Source of the DNA: Selaginella moellendorffii
Lineage: Eukaryota; Plantae; Lycopodiophyta
NCBI RefSeq assembly: GCF_000143415.4
Contig: NW_003314283.1
Span: forward strand, 1,863,228-1,927,227
Length of the DNA: 64,000 nucleotides
Direction: 5' to 3'
This document shows positions 11,297-24,024 of the stretch, one piece after another. How positions within the stretch are numbered: position 1 is the stretch's first letter; the number at the start of each line of letters is the position of its first letter. Position numbers and translations under genes: made by a program. The notes below the pieces were generated by a model that was not told the DNA's origin, did not search any database, and worked only from the letters and a program-made list of their open reading frames with translations.

Positions 11297-13444
11297 ATTA
11301 TGTTAATTAAAATTTCAATATATGTTTAATTCTATTTTATAGATCACAGTCACCTAGAGTTTTTAGAATTGGAGGCTTTGAAAGTCTCCCCAACTATGCA
11401 AAAACTTTAGCTCAACATATGCAAAGTGAATCTTCCCCACAATACCAATATAGGAGGAAGGATAAAAGAAATCAATATGTTGATAATGAGGTAGAAGAAA
11501 ATTAATTGCATCCTTACATAAAATGAAAAACTTATTATATGTTAGATGTTTATGAAGGTGTCAAATATCAATGAAGGTGTCAAATGTCAGTGAAAGTGTC
11601 AGTGTCAGATATCATAATTGTAAATTATCATTCTCACATATCACCATCACTTTGTAGCACTTGTGTGTTGCCATCTCCTCCTTCAACATTTTATAAACAA
11701 TTGTATGTGATATGATAACATCTTCTAAAACAAAGTATGTTACCTACAACTAATATCATTTTATTATATTTTTTCGTTTAAAAGTAACAATACTATAGTA
11801 TAGTAAAGTAGTTCTAAATCTTACATTCCACTATAGGGTGGCCTAAAAACCCCATATTTTGCATTAGCTGATACAATGTTTCCCAAGGGGATGTTATTTC
11901 CCACAATGAAGTGATAGTAGGTATGTGTTTGTAACTCATTCTTGAATTTATTGTACATCCACATGTGCATATTTTTCAGACCCACCATTAGGCAATTGCT
12001 ACAGTGCTCAAGAAAAATTTATAAACTTATAGAGCCATTTGTCTTATCCAAGAAAAAGTAGCATATTGAACACCGAATGTAATAACATTCTGTGCTTTTA
12101 AGTAGTCCTGCCATATCAGAAGCAAGATCTTGCAAAAATATGTGACATTACTCTTGAAACACTAGAGGCAATCCCTCTCTAGTAGAAAAATCCAGAATTT
12201 TATATATAGGGAGCTCTAATTTAGCTTTACTAGAGCCCTCAGCAAAAAAAAGATTGTTATGTGGAGGTGAAGGTAGAATGTTGGTAGAACTTAGGGATGG
12301 AGATTGATATGAAATGCTAGGGGGCCAAGTACAAATAACAATGACTTTCCTTCGAGCTATTTCAAAACAAAATTCCAAGGAGCTCAAGGAAAACAAAAAA
12401 ACTATGATGATTATAAATTTTCTAGATAGTTTATATACCAAGTTTTAGTCTTGGGAATGAGGTTTATTTATTATGACACTGACAATACTTAGATTCTTTA
12501 AATGTTAGTCTTGGAAATGGGGCTTCATAATCATAGCTTGCTTGTAAATATAAGAGAGTCTAAAATTTTAGATTATCATGTATACACATGCTCTATCATT
12601 ATGATGAAATCCTACTTTGCTACATATATATTCTTTTCTACACATGTCAAATGTCTAGAGAAATAGACTGCAAGGAAATATAGACTATATTATAGTGGCA
12701 GAGCACGTTAGCATGTTACCATTCTCTCATGTGAGATTGCCTTTCAGTCTTGGAAATGTAGATAAAGTTGATTCTTTGATATGATATTACTTTTGAGTCT
12801 TTTGAAAGATTTCGATTTCTTTTATTATTATTCACAAACAACTCCCAAAAACTTTTAATGAGGATTCACTACAAAAATAGACCTTAGTCTTATCATATGA
12901 GAGGATTGCGATATAGGTAGGAAACAGAGTTTTTGATATGAATTAATATGTAAATTACAAATGTCATGGAAAGTTTAATGAAGTAGATTTCTTGGTGCTT
13001 TTTACCGTGTTATTCATTTCTTCATTTCTTTAACTTTGGACTATTGTTTCAGAAGTAACAAAAGCATTTTTATCAATCGTAATAGTGGTCTCCACATTCC
13101 TAAATAGGTAATAAGTACCAGGAGTGTAATATAGAGATTGTGGTAGTGAAACAAAATTAACATTTTCACATTCCTTTGCATTACAACTTTTACTCATAGA
13201 TCTTGTATTTTCCTTGCTTCCCATCTTCTCAAGAGCCCTAAAAAATCTTCTGAATAAAGGAATAGTATCTACAACTATAAAAGTATTCAAAATATTAGCT
13301 GTAACAGTAGTTATAATTAAATAATATAGCTTTACAAAAGATAGGTTCTCATGAATTTTGTATTTTTTAAACAATTCAACCTTATAGAAACTTTTAACTC
13401 AGATATTTATATATTTAAATATTTTAAAGTTTGCTAGAACCTTC

Positions 13445-13523
13445 ATTGTTGACTTTTAGTTGACTGTGTTGATTTGAGTTGACTTGTGTTGAATTGAGCT
13501 CAACTCAACTTTAGACCATCCCC
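13445..13523. repeat. Putative DNA-transposon terminus, diverged
   Basis: GTTGACT repeats, GAGCTCAACTCA, ends ACCATCCCC; parallels 4400-4468. Confidence 0.35.
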
Positions 13524-13529
13524 ATGGGA

Positions 13530-15560
13530 GCTTGTTTATTGGCCAAGTGATTTCAAATAGTCAACGCACTTTCATCTTCAAGATGTCAACTCTAGTGTGG
13601 ACCTTATATAATAAATGGATATAGATGGAGGTGGGGACTTAGATAATTCCTAGATCTATTTTGACCATATGAAATGAGTTTTAGGCTGGTCAACTATGAG
13701 AGCATGTTTATGATCACAAATAAGTGGTTTTTCATTTTATAAAGATTCCATACTATTTTACATTCTACCTATTCCTTCTATAGGTTGTAGTGCAATCTGA
13801 CTATAGCTATAGCTGAATTCAAGTTCCAGGATTTCCAAGTTCAAATTATCTTTTGGACATGTATGTCTGAGGTTTTTGAACAACGAACTAGGAAGAAACC
13901 CAACTTCCATGGTTTTATGGCAGATGCTATGGTGCTAATTGGTTGACTATGCGGCAAGTGTTTGGAGGTGATAAAAGTCAACTGTTATAAGGTAGAGAGA
14001 AGAGTTATAAGTTTCATTAGGCAAGGAGTATCAACAAATATTGCTAATGCAACAAATTTGACTTCCATCATAAGTTCAAGTAACTTTATCAAGAATGGAT
14101 GGATGCACCAACTAAAGAAGAGCATGAGGCAAAGGCAAATAAGATGTGCATATAGTGGTGTGAAGGAGATAAAGTGCCAATTGAACACCTTCCATAGATG
14201 GAATGTTAGCTTGTATGGTGAGAAGTTTGAATGTTTCAATAGGGCCATTATATTCTCCATGTAAGCTTTCTCCCATTTCTTTTGTTGCCACATTCAAATG
14301 TTGCATTTTTCCTAGGATCAACCACTTGATGACATTGAACATACACTAACAATTAATCTTTTTAAGAGTAAACATTGGAGTTGGAAAGCTTCTGAAGCAA
14401 AGAAAGGAAAAGTGTCCCTCTATGAAGTTATGCTCTCCAACCTCACTAAATCTCTTGAGCAGTCATCAAAAGCTTTGGCTACATAGGAAGCGAGGTTTGT
14501 TAGTACAAGTCCAAATTTAGATAGGCTTCAAGAGTGGGTTGATAGAAAGATAACACTAGTAGTAGGGTTAATATCTAAGATAGTGGAGGAAGTTGTTGTT
14601 GGAACTCCTATAGAATTAAGTTATAAACCACTTGGGGTCATGAGGACAGCCTGTATGAAGTGTCTACAGATATTTGATAGGCATAACATCACTCCTTCCA
14701 ACTCTCATTGCCTAGAGTTTGACTACCATTCTGTTCTATGACACTGGAAAAGAACTAAGGAATATAGAGTGGAGGAGGTGTCAGTTGTTACACAAGTAAA
14801 TCTAGTGCCAAAGGTTAAGAAGGTTATTAATAGCTCGTGAACTAGTTTTTTGTATCAACTGGGCAATTCAAAGAGTCAGTACCAAGAGCAATGCACGTTG
14901 CTCCAGAATGATTGGGAGTTGAGGTCAGTGTCTTGCATGTATACGTTTAGATTCAAGTTCTTCAGCAGTGCCATGTTTCTAAAGCTGTCAAGATCTAGGG
15001 GTAAAGGGCTGCTAATCAAGCTAGAGTTACTATTGTGGAATTGATGTTACTCATACAAGCCAAATCCACAACTCAATTATTTTGAAGCCAGATTCTATGC
15101 TAGAAGAGTGGCTAGTTGAGCAAAGCTGCAATCTTTTGAAAGAAGAGATTGAAAGTTTGGAGTAAGCAAGTTTCAAGCTAAAGACTTCCTTAAATGTTAC
15201 CAATGTCAATACTAAACTGGCCTACATGACCAACTAGAAATAGAAAAGCTGTATAATATAAGTCTTCCATTTCAAAAAGGTGCACAAGAGAAGATCAAGT
15301 TAGCAAAAGAGTTGAAGTGCACAATCACAAAGATAAACTACATTAGTACCATAGCTAAGGAGTTTGTTGTTGTGATTGAGTCATCAAAAGGTACGAACTA
15401 CATTGTTAGAATCTACAAAAATCCATCTTATATCTACCTAGATTTTACATATAGGGAGAATAAGGGAAAGGTATATTTAGCCTACAAACACATTTGTTAC
15501 ATTTTTATGTAGAAACTAAACCAAGATCCTCCACCAGGTAAGCCTTACAATTGCAGATCT
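13530..15560 (+). pseudogene. Decayed SWIM zinc-finger transposon-associated gene
   Basis: YIVRIYKNPSYIYLDF...AYKHICYIF at 15312-15512 fits the SWIM pattern Y.V.I...PSCTCPDF...CKH with Cys>Tyr (TGT>TAT) decay; many stops. Confidence 0.5.
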
Positions 15561-15875
15561 TGAGAAGTGTTTTTAGATTGCTTTTAGTGTTCAGATCTAT
15601 ATTTATATTTGTATTTTATTGGTCTAATTTATAGATTAAATCAAAATGTGAAAGATGAAAAAATGTTGGTTCAAGTTGAACCAATGTTTTTCTTGTGTTT
15701 GAGAAGTCATGAGCTCAGCTCATGAGCTTAAAACCTACCCGAACTCATTTGAATTGGCATAAAGTGTCTAATATGCACTAGATGCTAATTTCTCACAAAG
15801 AAAAGAGAAATTTAGCCAGAAAGAGGGGAAAAACACAAAGAATGTTGTGAAAATCACTTAGTAGGATGTGGATAT

Positions 15876-17505
15876 TGTAAGACACAAAATCCCTAGGCCC
15901 TAAAGTGGAGCCGGAAGGGCGCCATGTGGTAGTGGCCGAAGCGAAAGCCAAACAAATGTAACACGTTTGGACTAAAAAGCTTTGACTTGAAAGGTCAAAA
16001 GCAAGAGTGGAACTCTCAACAAAGTGCTTGAAGAAAGAGCATGAAATAAGTGAGGCTCTAAAAAGGGACCCAAAAAGACCGAGACGGAGTCCAAGATGGA
16101 GTTCGAGACGGAGTCTAAGATGGAGTCCGAGATGGAGTCCAAGATGGAGTCCGAGATGGACTGAGACGGAGTCCGAGATGGACTGAGACGGAGTCCGAGA
16201 TGGAGTCCGAGATGGACCGAGACGGAGTCCGAGATGGACCCGAGATGGAGTCCGAGATGGACCCGAGATGGAGTCCGAGTTGGACCCAAGATGGAGTCCG
16301 AGATGGACCCGAGATGGAGTCCGAGATGGAGTCCAAGATGGACCCGAGATGGAATCCAAGATGGAGTCCAAGAAGGACCCGAGATGGAGTCTGAGGTCGA
16401 GACCGAGACCGGGACCGAGACCGAAATCGGGACCGAGACCAAGACCGAGGCCGAGGCCGAGTCCGAGCCTGAGCCCAAGTCCGAATCCGAGTCCAAGTCC
16501 CAGTCCCAGTTCGAGTCCAAGTCCAAGTCCGAGTCCTAGTCCGAGTTTGAGTTCGAGTCTGAGAGGGTGAAAGCCCAAAGCATTCGTCTCCCAAACCCTG
16601 GGGGGTTTGGTGAATTCCAAAAGTATAGTGAGGGGGAGGACTGTAGTGGAGCCAGTTTGGCCAGGAAAGGCCAGTATGGCCCAGGAAGGCTGTACCCAGT
16701 GTTGGGTGATGAGCTGCCCACTGGGAAGTCCAAGACTAGAGTGAATACAGACCGACAAGCGGGGTAGTTTGGTGAAGTGTTCAAGAGCCGGCTCTAGTTC
16801 CCTCAGGAGATCGATTGGATCTCAACGGAACCTCGCTCTAAGCCCATGGCTAGAGCACCTAAAGGCGGAAGGCGGGGAGAGTACCCATGAGGCCCACGTA
16901 GGGCCACAGTGTTCCGAAATGTTGTCCCAAAGTCCCAGACTGTGGAAAGGAAGAGGAGTGGCCCTCTAGTGTTGTGACCAAGGACACAGTCACACAATGA
17001 GGAAGTCCTAGAGGACAGTGGGACTTAGTGGTTGGTCCCATAGGCCTTGGTCCAGTGGCAGTGTTGGCAAACTCAGCCAAGGATAAAAAGGGACTTGGTG
17101 GGGACTGGAACGGAGATATTGGGGAAGGTTATTCCCCATGTTTGCAAGCATCCTAAGGATGGTAAAGAGTGGATTTGGGACGACCACTCATGGACGAATA
17201 GCCCAGTCTTGGAGAGATGGGATTGCAATGCAGGTGGTGTTAGACCACCGATGTGACCAAGGTGAATGAGCATGGCCTAGCGTAACAGGCTCATATGTCA
17301 GTGGTACTTTGGGGTGTCAGTCATGGGATCGGACACGTGGAGCACTTGGACCAAGTGCAAAGGTTGAGTGGCATGGATGCCATTCTCGGGGCTAGCAAGC
17401 CCCAAGTCCTGAATGGGACTTATAAAGGTTGTGAATGAGACTCCTTCAAGTGGTCGGAGGTGTGGTTAAGTGACTAAAGTAGAATGGAAAAATTAGTCGT
17501 TTACA
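15876..17505. mobile_element. Solo LTR or internally deleted LTR element (family C), 1630 bp
   Basis: Ends TGTAA...TTACA; flanked by 5-bp direct repeat GATAT (15871-15875, 17506-17510); homologous pieces at 59440-59764 and 61120-62436. Confidence 0.75.
16075..16562. repeat. Minisatellite (GAGATGGAGTCC / GAGATGGACCC 11-12-mers grading into CCGAGT/CCGAGA hexamers) inside LTR-C
   Basis: Directly visible tandem array; gives low-complexity ORFs in several frames. Confidence 0.9.
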
Positions 17506-18449
17506 GATATAAAATGCCACTTAAAAATGATGTAGAAAAGAAAAGAAATCAAGCTCCAATACTCATAACTAATCAAGGGGAATATGTTTCCATAGAAATC
17601 TCTTGACTTTACACACGAAATTGAGTATGGATAGATTCATTGGAAAGCCTAGGCTTAAACCAAGAGAATGACTAAAATCATGAGTTAAAATTACCAAAAG
17701 CTCAAAAACAAATTAACTCAAACATCAAATTTTTAATAAAAAGAAGAACAAAACAAATGCACTCCTTAGTATAAGAAATATTCATATTTTCTATGTTGGT
17801 CTTGGCATTGGGATACTTGATACTATAAGACTATTCCAATGTCACTTCATGCTCCTTCCCCTTCACTCCTTAGGCTGTATGATAGAGAGTTATTCCATGC
17901 TCTAGTTTCTTATGCTCTTTAGTTATATATTTAGGAGTTTGGCTCCATACCTTTATTCAATGGCTTAAGGCCTTAAACTTGGGTTCCAACCTTGGCCCAC
18001 ATGTCTAAGGGTTAAGGTTCCACTCCAAGGTTAACTTATGGTAAATCACATAGGGTAAAGGGTGAAAACCATATTTGTTACACTTATGCTCTAGATTTAT
18101 AGAAGTAAAGACCTTTATGAATATGAATTTAGCCTAAACTCTTCATTCTTTAAAGAAAGCTAAGCTAGCTCATTATGTCAGGTTCACCAACTATTGGGGC
18201 ATCTCTCAACCCTACCCATGGATCCATCCTTTACGAACATGCTCACAAACTCATAGTTCTGAGCTCAAGTGCAAGAACAATATAGGGTGGAACCCTATAC
18301 TCAATCCTCTTATGTACAAGGATGAGGGAATATTCCAAGAACATATAATATTTTCTATGCTTTATTAAGCCAGAATTTAAACCATGATATGAGGAGAATG
18401 TGGCAATGAGCTAGTGCCGCAAAAACTCCTATATTTGCTCTCGGAGAGA

Positions 18450-19200
18450 TTAATTGTTAGTGTAATATCAAGTGTTAATTTTTTTTTCAGTCTTATAATT
18501 GCCCTAGACAAATCTCAAGTATGGAATGTACCTTGAATTTTGGTCATAGAATGGCCCCATTGAAGCATTTAAACTTCCCACCATGTAAGTTAACACTCCA
18601 TTTGTGGAAAGTGTTTTATTAGCACTTTGTCTCCTTCATGCTATCATAAGCACATCTCATTTGCCTGTCCCTCATAGTCCTCTTATTTGGTGTGCCCATC
18701 CACTTTCGACAAAGCCACTTGAACTCATTATGAAAGTCACATTTAATGCAATAACAATGTTCGTTAACACTCTTTGCCCAATGAAACTCACAACTCTTCT
18801 CTCTACCTTATAATGGCTAATGTTTATCACCTCCAAAAAATTGTCATATACCCAACCAATTACCACCATTAGTATTTGCCAGATTCTTAACCTTGAATTT
18901 GGCTATAGCTATGGCCAAGTTGTATAGCAATCTATAGAAGGAATGGGTATAGTGGAAATTGGTATGAATTCCTAAAAAATGAAAAGCCACTTCCTTGTGA
19001 TCATAAACATAGGCTCCTATAATTGACCAGCTTAAAACTCGTTTCATGTGGTCAAAATGGATCTAGGGATTAGCTAAATCCCCATCTCCATCCATATCCA
19101 TTTAACATATAAGATTCATACTAAAGGTAGGACCAAGAATCAACATCTTGAAAATGAAAGTGCATTGACTATTTGAAATCACTTGGCCAACAAATAAGTT
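18450..19200 (-). pseudogene. Inverted diverged paralog of the 13530-14360 segment
   Basis: Reverse complement of 19141-19200 matches 13531-13590 (TTGGCCAAGTGATTTCAAATAGTCAA); shared peptide YKVERRVI/VSFI.Q.V.TNI. Confidence 0.65.
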
Positions 19201-20807
19201 TCCATAAATAAATTCATAGAGACATTTTCTCTTCACTTCCAAAATTACATCCAATCTAGATTGAAACTTCCGATTTCACCATTCTTGCATCCAGTTCTTT
19301 ATTCAACTAAAGAAAGAGTATTATTAGAGATGAAGTAGAGTTAAATATTAATCTTTTATCTATGTAAATTTATAATATATTTATGGGTTTTATATTTCAA
19401 AGCAGGTCCTTCAAGCTCACTTTGAAGTTGTGGCACTTTTCTTTTTAACCTCTACAACAACAATAGCTTTCAAATTGTGAAAAGAATCATGGCAAATTCC
19501 ATTCTTTATTGTGTGTTGGTGGTGTCTAATATGCATTGCTGCTCTATCTAAATAGCCATCCCACAACAAAAAGTAGTGCATCCTTGCATCAAAACATGCT
19601 CGACACATAGATATCACCTTGCATTTGAAATATTTAAACCCTATAGCAACCTTGTCATGCCTAGAGGGATTGATCATTGAGCCTTCAAAGAAATATATAT
19701 TCCTAGTCATTTAATGCTTTAAATATTAAGATATTAATATATGCATAATTGATTGTAAGAAAAATAATACTACTGAGATGAATGGGGTTATGAGCAAAAG
19801 GCACTAACCAATTATAACAGTTGTAACACTAATAGCTTGTTCTCCCTCTCATCTCCATGTTGTTTCCCTAAGAGAGAGTTTCATTCTTTTGTAAGAAGTG
19901 AGAGTCAAGCTTAGAGAAGTTAGTTCACACATAAAACCAATTAGATATAGCTTCTTAGACAAAGAGGTGTGTTGCTTTTGGACTAGTTTTTGAAATGGTG
20001 GATAAGGCATTTCAGAAATCTCAATCATTACAGATGGAATTGAAGGAAATTGAGTACATAAGAGATGAGGAACTTCTGTCTTCTTACAATGGGAATATAT
20101 ATTCTTCAAATTTTCACTATGTCCTTGTAAAGAACACATTAAATCTTTGTTCATAGAAGATTTATCCAATAAATATATCCTACCATTTATAAAATTAAAG
20201 TCACTAGAATCTAGGAAGCAATTGCCATCAAAGAAAATAAAAATTGTGACCATTCATTGTGACTATTGATTGTGTTAGGCACCAAGTCAAAATAATAGGA
20301 TAAAGAAAGGGCCCTACAATGAAGTGATCACCCCTTTAGTTAATTAGCTTAGGGTGTAAGGGATAGGGGATAGGATCCTAACATTGGTATCGGAGCCTAA
20401 TTCGATTCTCGTGGCTGATGAGTGGGGCAAAAATATTCTGAAGGAATATTCAACATGGTGGATCTAGAGAGAGAACCAAAGTTTAGTAGACTCTAAAAGA
20501 AGAAATACCTAAGTATGTGTTAGGATCCTATCCCTTACACCCTAAGCCAATTGACTAAAGGGGTGATCACTTGATTGCAGGGCCCTTTCTTTATCCTATT
20601 ATCCTGACCTGGTGCCTAACAATCCTCCCCCTCGTCAGGAAATGATCGTCCGCGATCATACTTAGGCCACCATCCGGTCACCATGGTCCTTCTCTTAGGG
20701 TCTACCAAACCTTGGTTCTCCCTCTAGATTCACCATGTTGAATATTCCTTCAAAATATTCCTGCCCCACTCGTTAGCCACAAGAATCGAATTGGGCTCCG
20801 ATACCAA

Positions 20808-21040
20808 TGTTATGATCCGGCGCAAAAAGACAAAGATCTAGTTGCCCTAGACTATGTTACGCCACCTCTTGAGGTTCCTCACCACCCAACCACCCCCGAG
20901 CTACCTCAAAAGCTCCACTGCACCGCCGCTCCATTGTGAGCCCTAGGGTAGGTTAAGTCCCTTACCCTAACATGCCTTAATATACCCTTGAGCCTCCCTT
21001 TGACCGATGTTGACCATGTAGTCAAAGCTGGCACCTAACA
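20808..21040 (-). repeat. Ty3 LTR-A (233 bp)
   Basis: TG..CA ends; preceded by PPT GGGGGGAAGAAT; homologous to 38688-38920, 40503-40751, 47964-48196. Confidence 0.9.
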
Positions 21041-23028
21041 ATTCTTCCCCCCCAACAAAGTCCTTGTCCCAAGGACGAGTTGTACCGGTGATCACCCTTT
21101 CTGGGGAATCCTGCTCAAGCTCCTGATCCATCTTCCACAGCCGTATACATCAAGGAGGCATTGGGCCCGTCACTCTGAGATAGTACACCTTTCAATTGGC
21201 TGACATAAAATACCGGATGAATTTTCACCTCAGCTGGCAGCCGCACCCGATAAGCCGCTTTACCAATGTGCTCCAGCACTTCATATGGACCAGCATATCG
21301 ATGGGAAAGTTTATCACTCTTCCCTGTCCGTAAAGGCACCAAGGTGTTCTGCCGGACGGCACTTGACGGAAAGATCACTCGCACAAAGACGAGATCACCC
21401 ACCTTATATTCCTGGAATTGGCGATGCTCATTGGCAAACTTCTCCGCTCTATCCTGAGCTGCTTGCAAATTCCGTTTGCACACCACCAGAATCTCATCAA
21501 GTTCTGTGGCCCGATCAGTTGCCTCGGAATCAAGCTTTTCTTGAACGTCCTTACTCAAATGCAATCCCAACTCCACCGCTATTCAAGGATGCCTTCTAAA
21601 CATCGCAAAATAAGGACTTAGCTTGGTTCCACTGTGTTGGCTATTGTTGTAAGCAAATTGCACCAACAGAAGATATAAATCCCACTGTCCTTGCCTTTGA
21701 CCAATACTACAATGTAACATATCCTCCACCACCTGATTCACACGCTCGGTTTGCCCATCTGTCTGAGAATGATCTCCACTCGAGAGTTTCAAAGTCACTT
21801 GCATAGCCTTTGCAAAGCTTTTCCAAAATCCACTGGTGAACTTTGAATCTCGATCACTAATGATGTCCTCCGGCAAACCAAAATCAGGAAAAACCTTCTC
21901 CAAGTAAACCGCAGCCAAGTCTGAGGCAGTGACAGTCTTCCGAAGAGCCAACAACCGCACATAATTCGTCAACCGATCCACTATGACCCATACTTGCTCC
22001 TTTTGCCTCTGTGTTTGTGGCAAACAAGTGATGAAGTCCATAGAGATACTACACCAACGGCTCTGAGGAATAGGTAAAGGTTGCAAAAGTCCCCCCGGCT
22101 TCTCCCGTGGCACCTTAACCCACTGACAAAGTTCGCCTGATTTACAATACTTGAGGATATCAGCTTTCATATTCCTTCAATAAAAGTTGCGCTTAATCAA
22201 CTCATACGTCTTCTTCCCCCCAAAATGACCGGCCTCTGGACGATTATGATAGTGGAATAAAACTTGAGTAATTAACGCATCCACCCGTGGCAAATATACA
22301 CGGCCATTATAGTAGAGAATCCCATCCACCAATGAGAAAGGGTCTTCCATTTGGTCTCGCAAAGAGGCCACCTCAGCATCTTGAGCCTGAGCATGCTCAA
22401 CCAACTGCCCAAACTCGCTGACCACCTTACTCAAATGATGACAAAATCGTGTTCGTAACGTCGTCACATGACGAACACGAGATAAAGCATCTGCCACCAC
22501 ATTTGATTTTCCCGGACGATGCTCAATAGGAAACTCCCCAAACTCCATGAGTTTGACCATCCAACGAGTTTGCCTAGTGTTCAACTCCTTCTGTGTGAAA
22601 AGATACACAAGTGGTTTGTGATCTGTCAACACCACAAACACTGCACCATAAAGATAGTGCCGCCACGTCTGTAAAGCATGAACAATAGAGAGTAACTCTT
22701 GCTCATATGTGGAATAACGTTGCTCCACGAAATTCAAAGTTCGACTCTCATATGCAATAGGCTGTCCCTCTTGCATGAGAACGCCTCCCAGTGCATAACC
22801 ACTCGCATCGCATGTCACCTCGTAAGGTTTCGATGGATCAGCAATGCGAAGCACTGGAGTCTCGCTCAACAATCGTTTCAACGCCACAAAACTCTCTTCT
22901 TGTGGCTTCTTCCACTCAAATGGCACATTCTTGCGTAACAACCGTGTCAAAGGAATAGCCACCTCTGCAAACTTATGCTGGAAACATCGGTAGTAACTAG
23001 CCATACCAAGAAAACTGCGCAACTCAAC

Positions 23029-24024
23029 TGTAAGCAACCAAAGGGAACGACTCTAGAGATGATCCATAGGGGTTCAAATATAAAGGGAAAGGGCCCATGA
23101 ATAAGAGTGCACCCCCTTTTCCAATCGGTCAAGGGTCTTGGGATAGTTGGAGTTAAGCGTCCTTGGGTTTGAATAGTACTGGGCTGGGTGACCTCCCGGG
23201 AAGTCCAAACTCAGGAGCTTACATTTGGTATCAGAGGGGTCTCGGGTCCGACTCTGTTGGTTGGCTAAGGGAATCACACCACATGTTGATTGACATCTGG
23301 CTGGTCCAGTTTGCTCCCGCTGGGCTCGACCTGAGGGGTAGGGTGTCAAGAGAGCGAGGCTCTCGGGAGAGCTGCGGCTCTCAGCTTCCGTTCACGAGGG
23401 CATGAACTTGCAGGGAAGCGTGGTGGATTGTAAGCAACCAAAGGGAACGATTCGAGAGACGATCCATTGGGGTTCAAATATAGAGGGAAAGGGCCCATGA
23501 ACAATAGTGCACCCCTTTTTCCAATCGGTTAAGGGTCTTGGGATATTTGGGGTTAAGCGTCCTTGGGTTTGAATAGTACTGGGCTGGGTGACCTCCCGGG
23601 AAGTCCAAATTCAGGAGTTTACATTTGGTATCAGAGAGGTCTCGGGTCCGACTCTGTTGGTTGGCTTAGGGGAATCGCACCACATGTTGATTGACATCTG
23701 GCTGGTCCAATTTGCTCCCACTGGGCTCGACCCGAGGGGTAGGGTGTCAAAAGAGCGAGGCTCTCGGGAGAGCTGCGGCTCTCAGCTTCCGTTCACGAGG
23801 GCGTGAACTTGCAGGGAAGCGTGGTGGATTGTAAGCAACCAAAGGGAACGACTCTAGAGATGATCTATAGGGGTTCAAATATAGAGGGAAAGGGCCCATG
23901 AATAAGAGTGCACCCCCTTTTCCAATCGGTTAAGGGTCTTGGGATAGTTGGGGTTAAGCGTCCTTGGGTGTGAATAGTACTGGGTTGGGTGACCTCCCGG
24001 GAAGTCCAAACTCAGGAGCTTACA
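23029..24024 (+). mobile_element. Cassandra-type TRIM tandem array (LTR-int-LTR-int-LTR)
   Basis: Three ~195-bp LTRs (23029-23223, 23429-23623, 23830-24024), TGTAAG..TTACA; PBS TGGTATCAGAG; period ~400 bp; TSD TCAAC on both sides; LTRs carry a 5S rRNA internal segment. Confidence 0.9.
23151..23206 (+). promoter_or_regulatory. 5S rRNA-derived Pol III type-1 promoter segment (box A-IE-box C) in LTR; repeated at ~23551-23606 and ~23952-24007
   Basis: AGTTAAGCGTCCTTGGG..GAATAGTACTGGGCTGGGTGACCTCCCGGGAAGTCC vs plant 5S AGTTAAGCGTGCTTGGGCGAGAGTAGTACTAGGATGGGTGACCTCCTGGGAAGTCC. Confidence 0.85.

Noticed and set aside
16075-16400. CRISPR-like array
   Set aside because: Contiguous 11-12-mers without unique spacers; eukaryotic context; no cas genes.
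15793-16758. 321-aa ORF and overlapping ORFs
   Set aside because: Low-complexity translations of the minisatellite inside an LTR.
23151-24007. Tandem 5S rRNA genes
   Set aside because: Only ~56 nt of internal 5S sequence, embedded in TG..CA LTRs with PBS and TSD.
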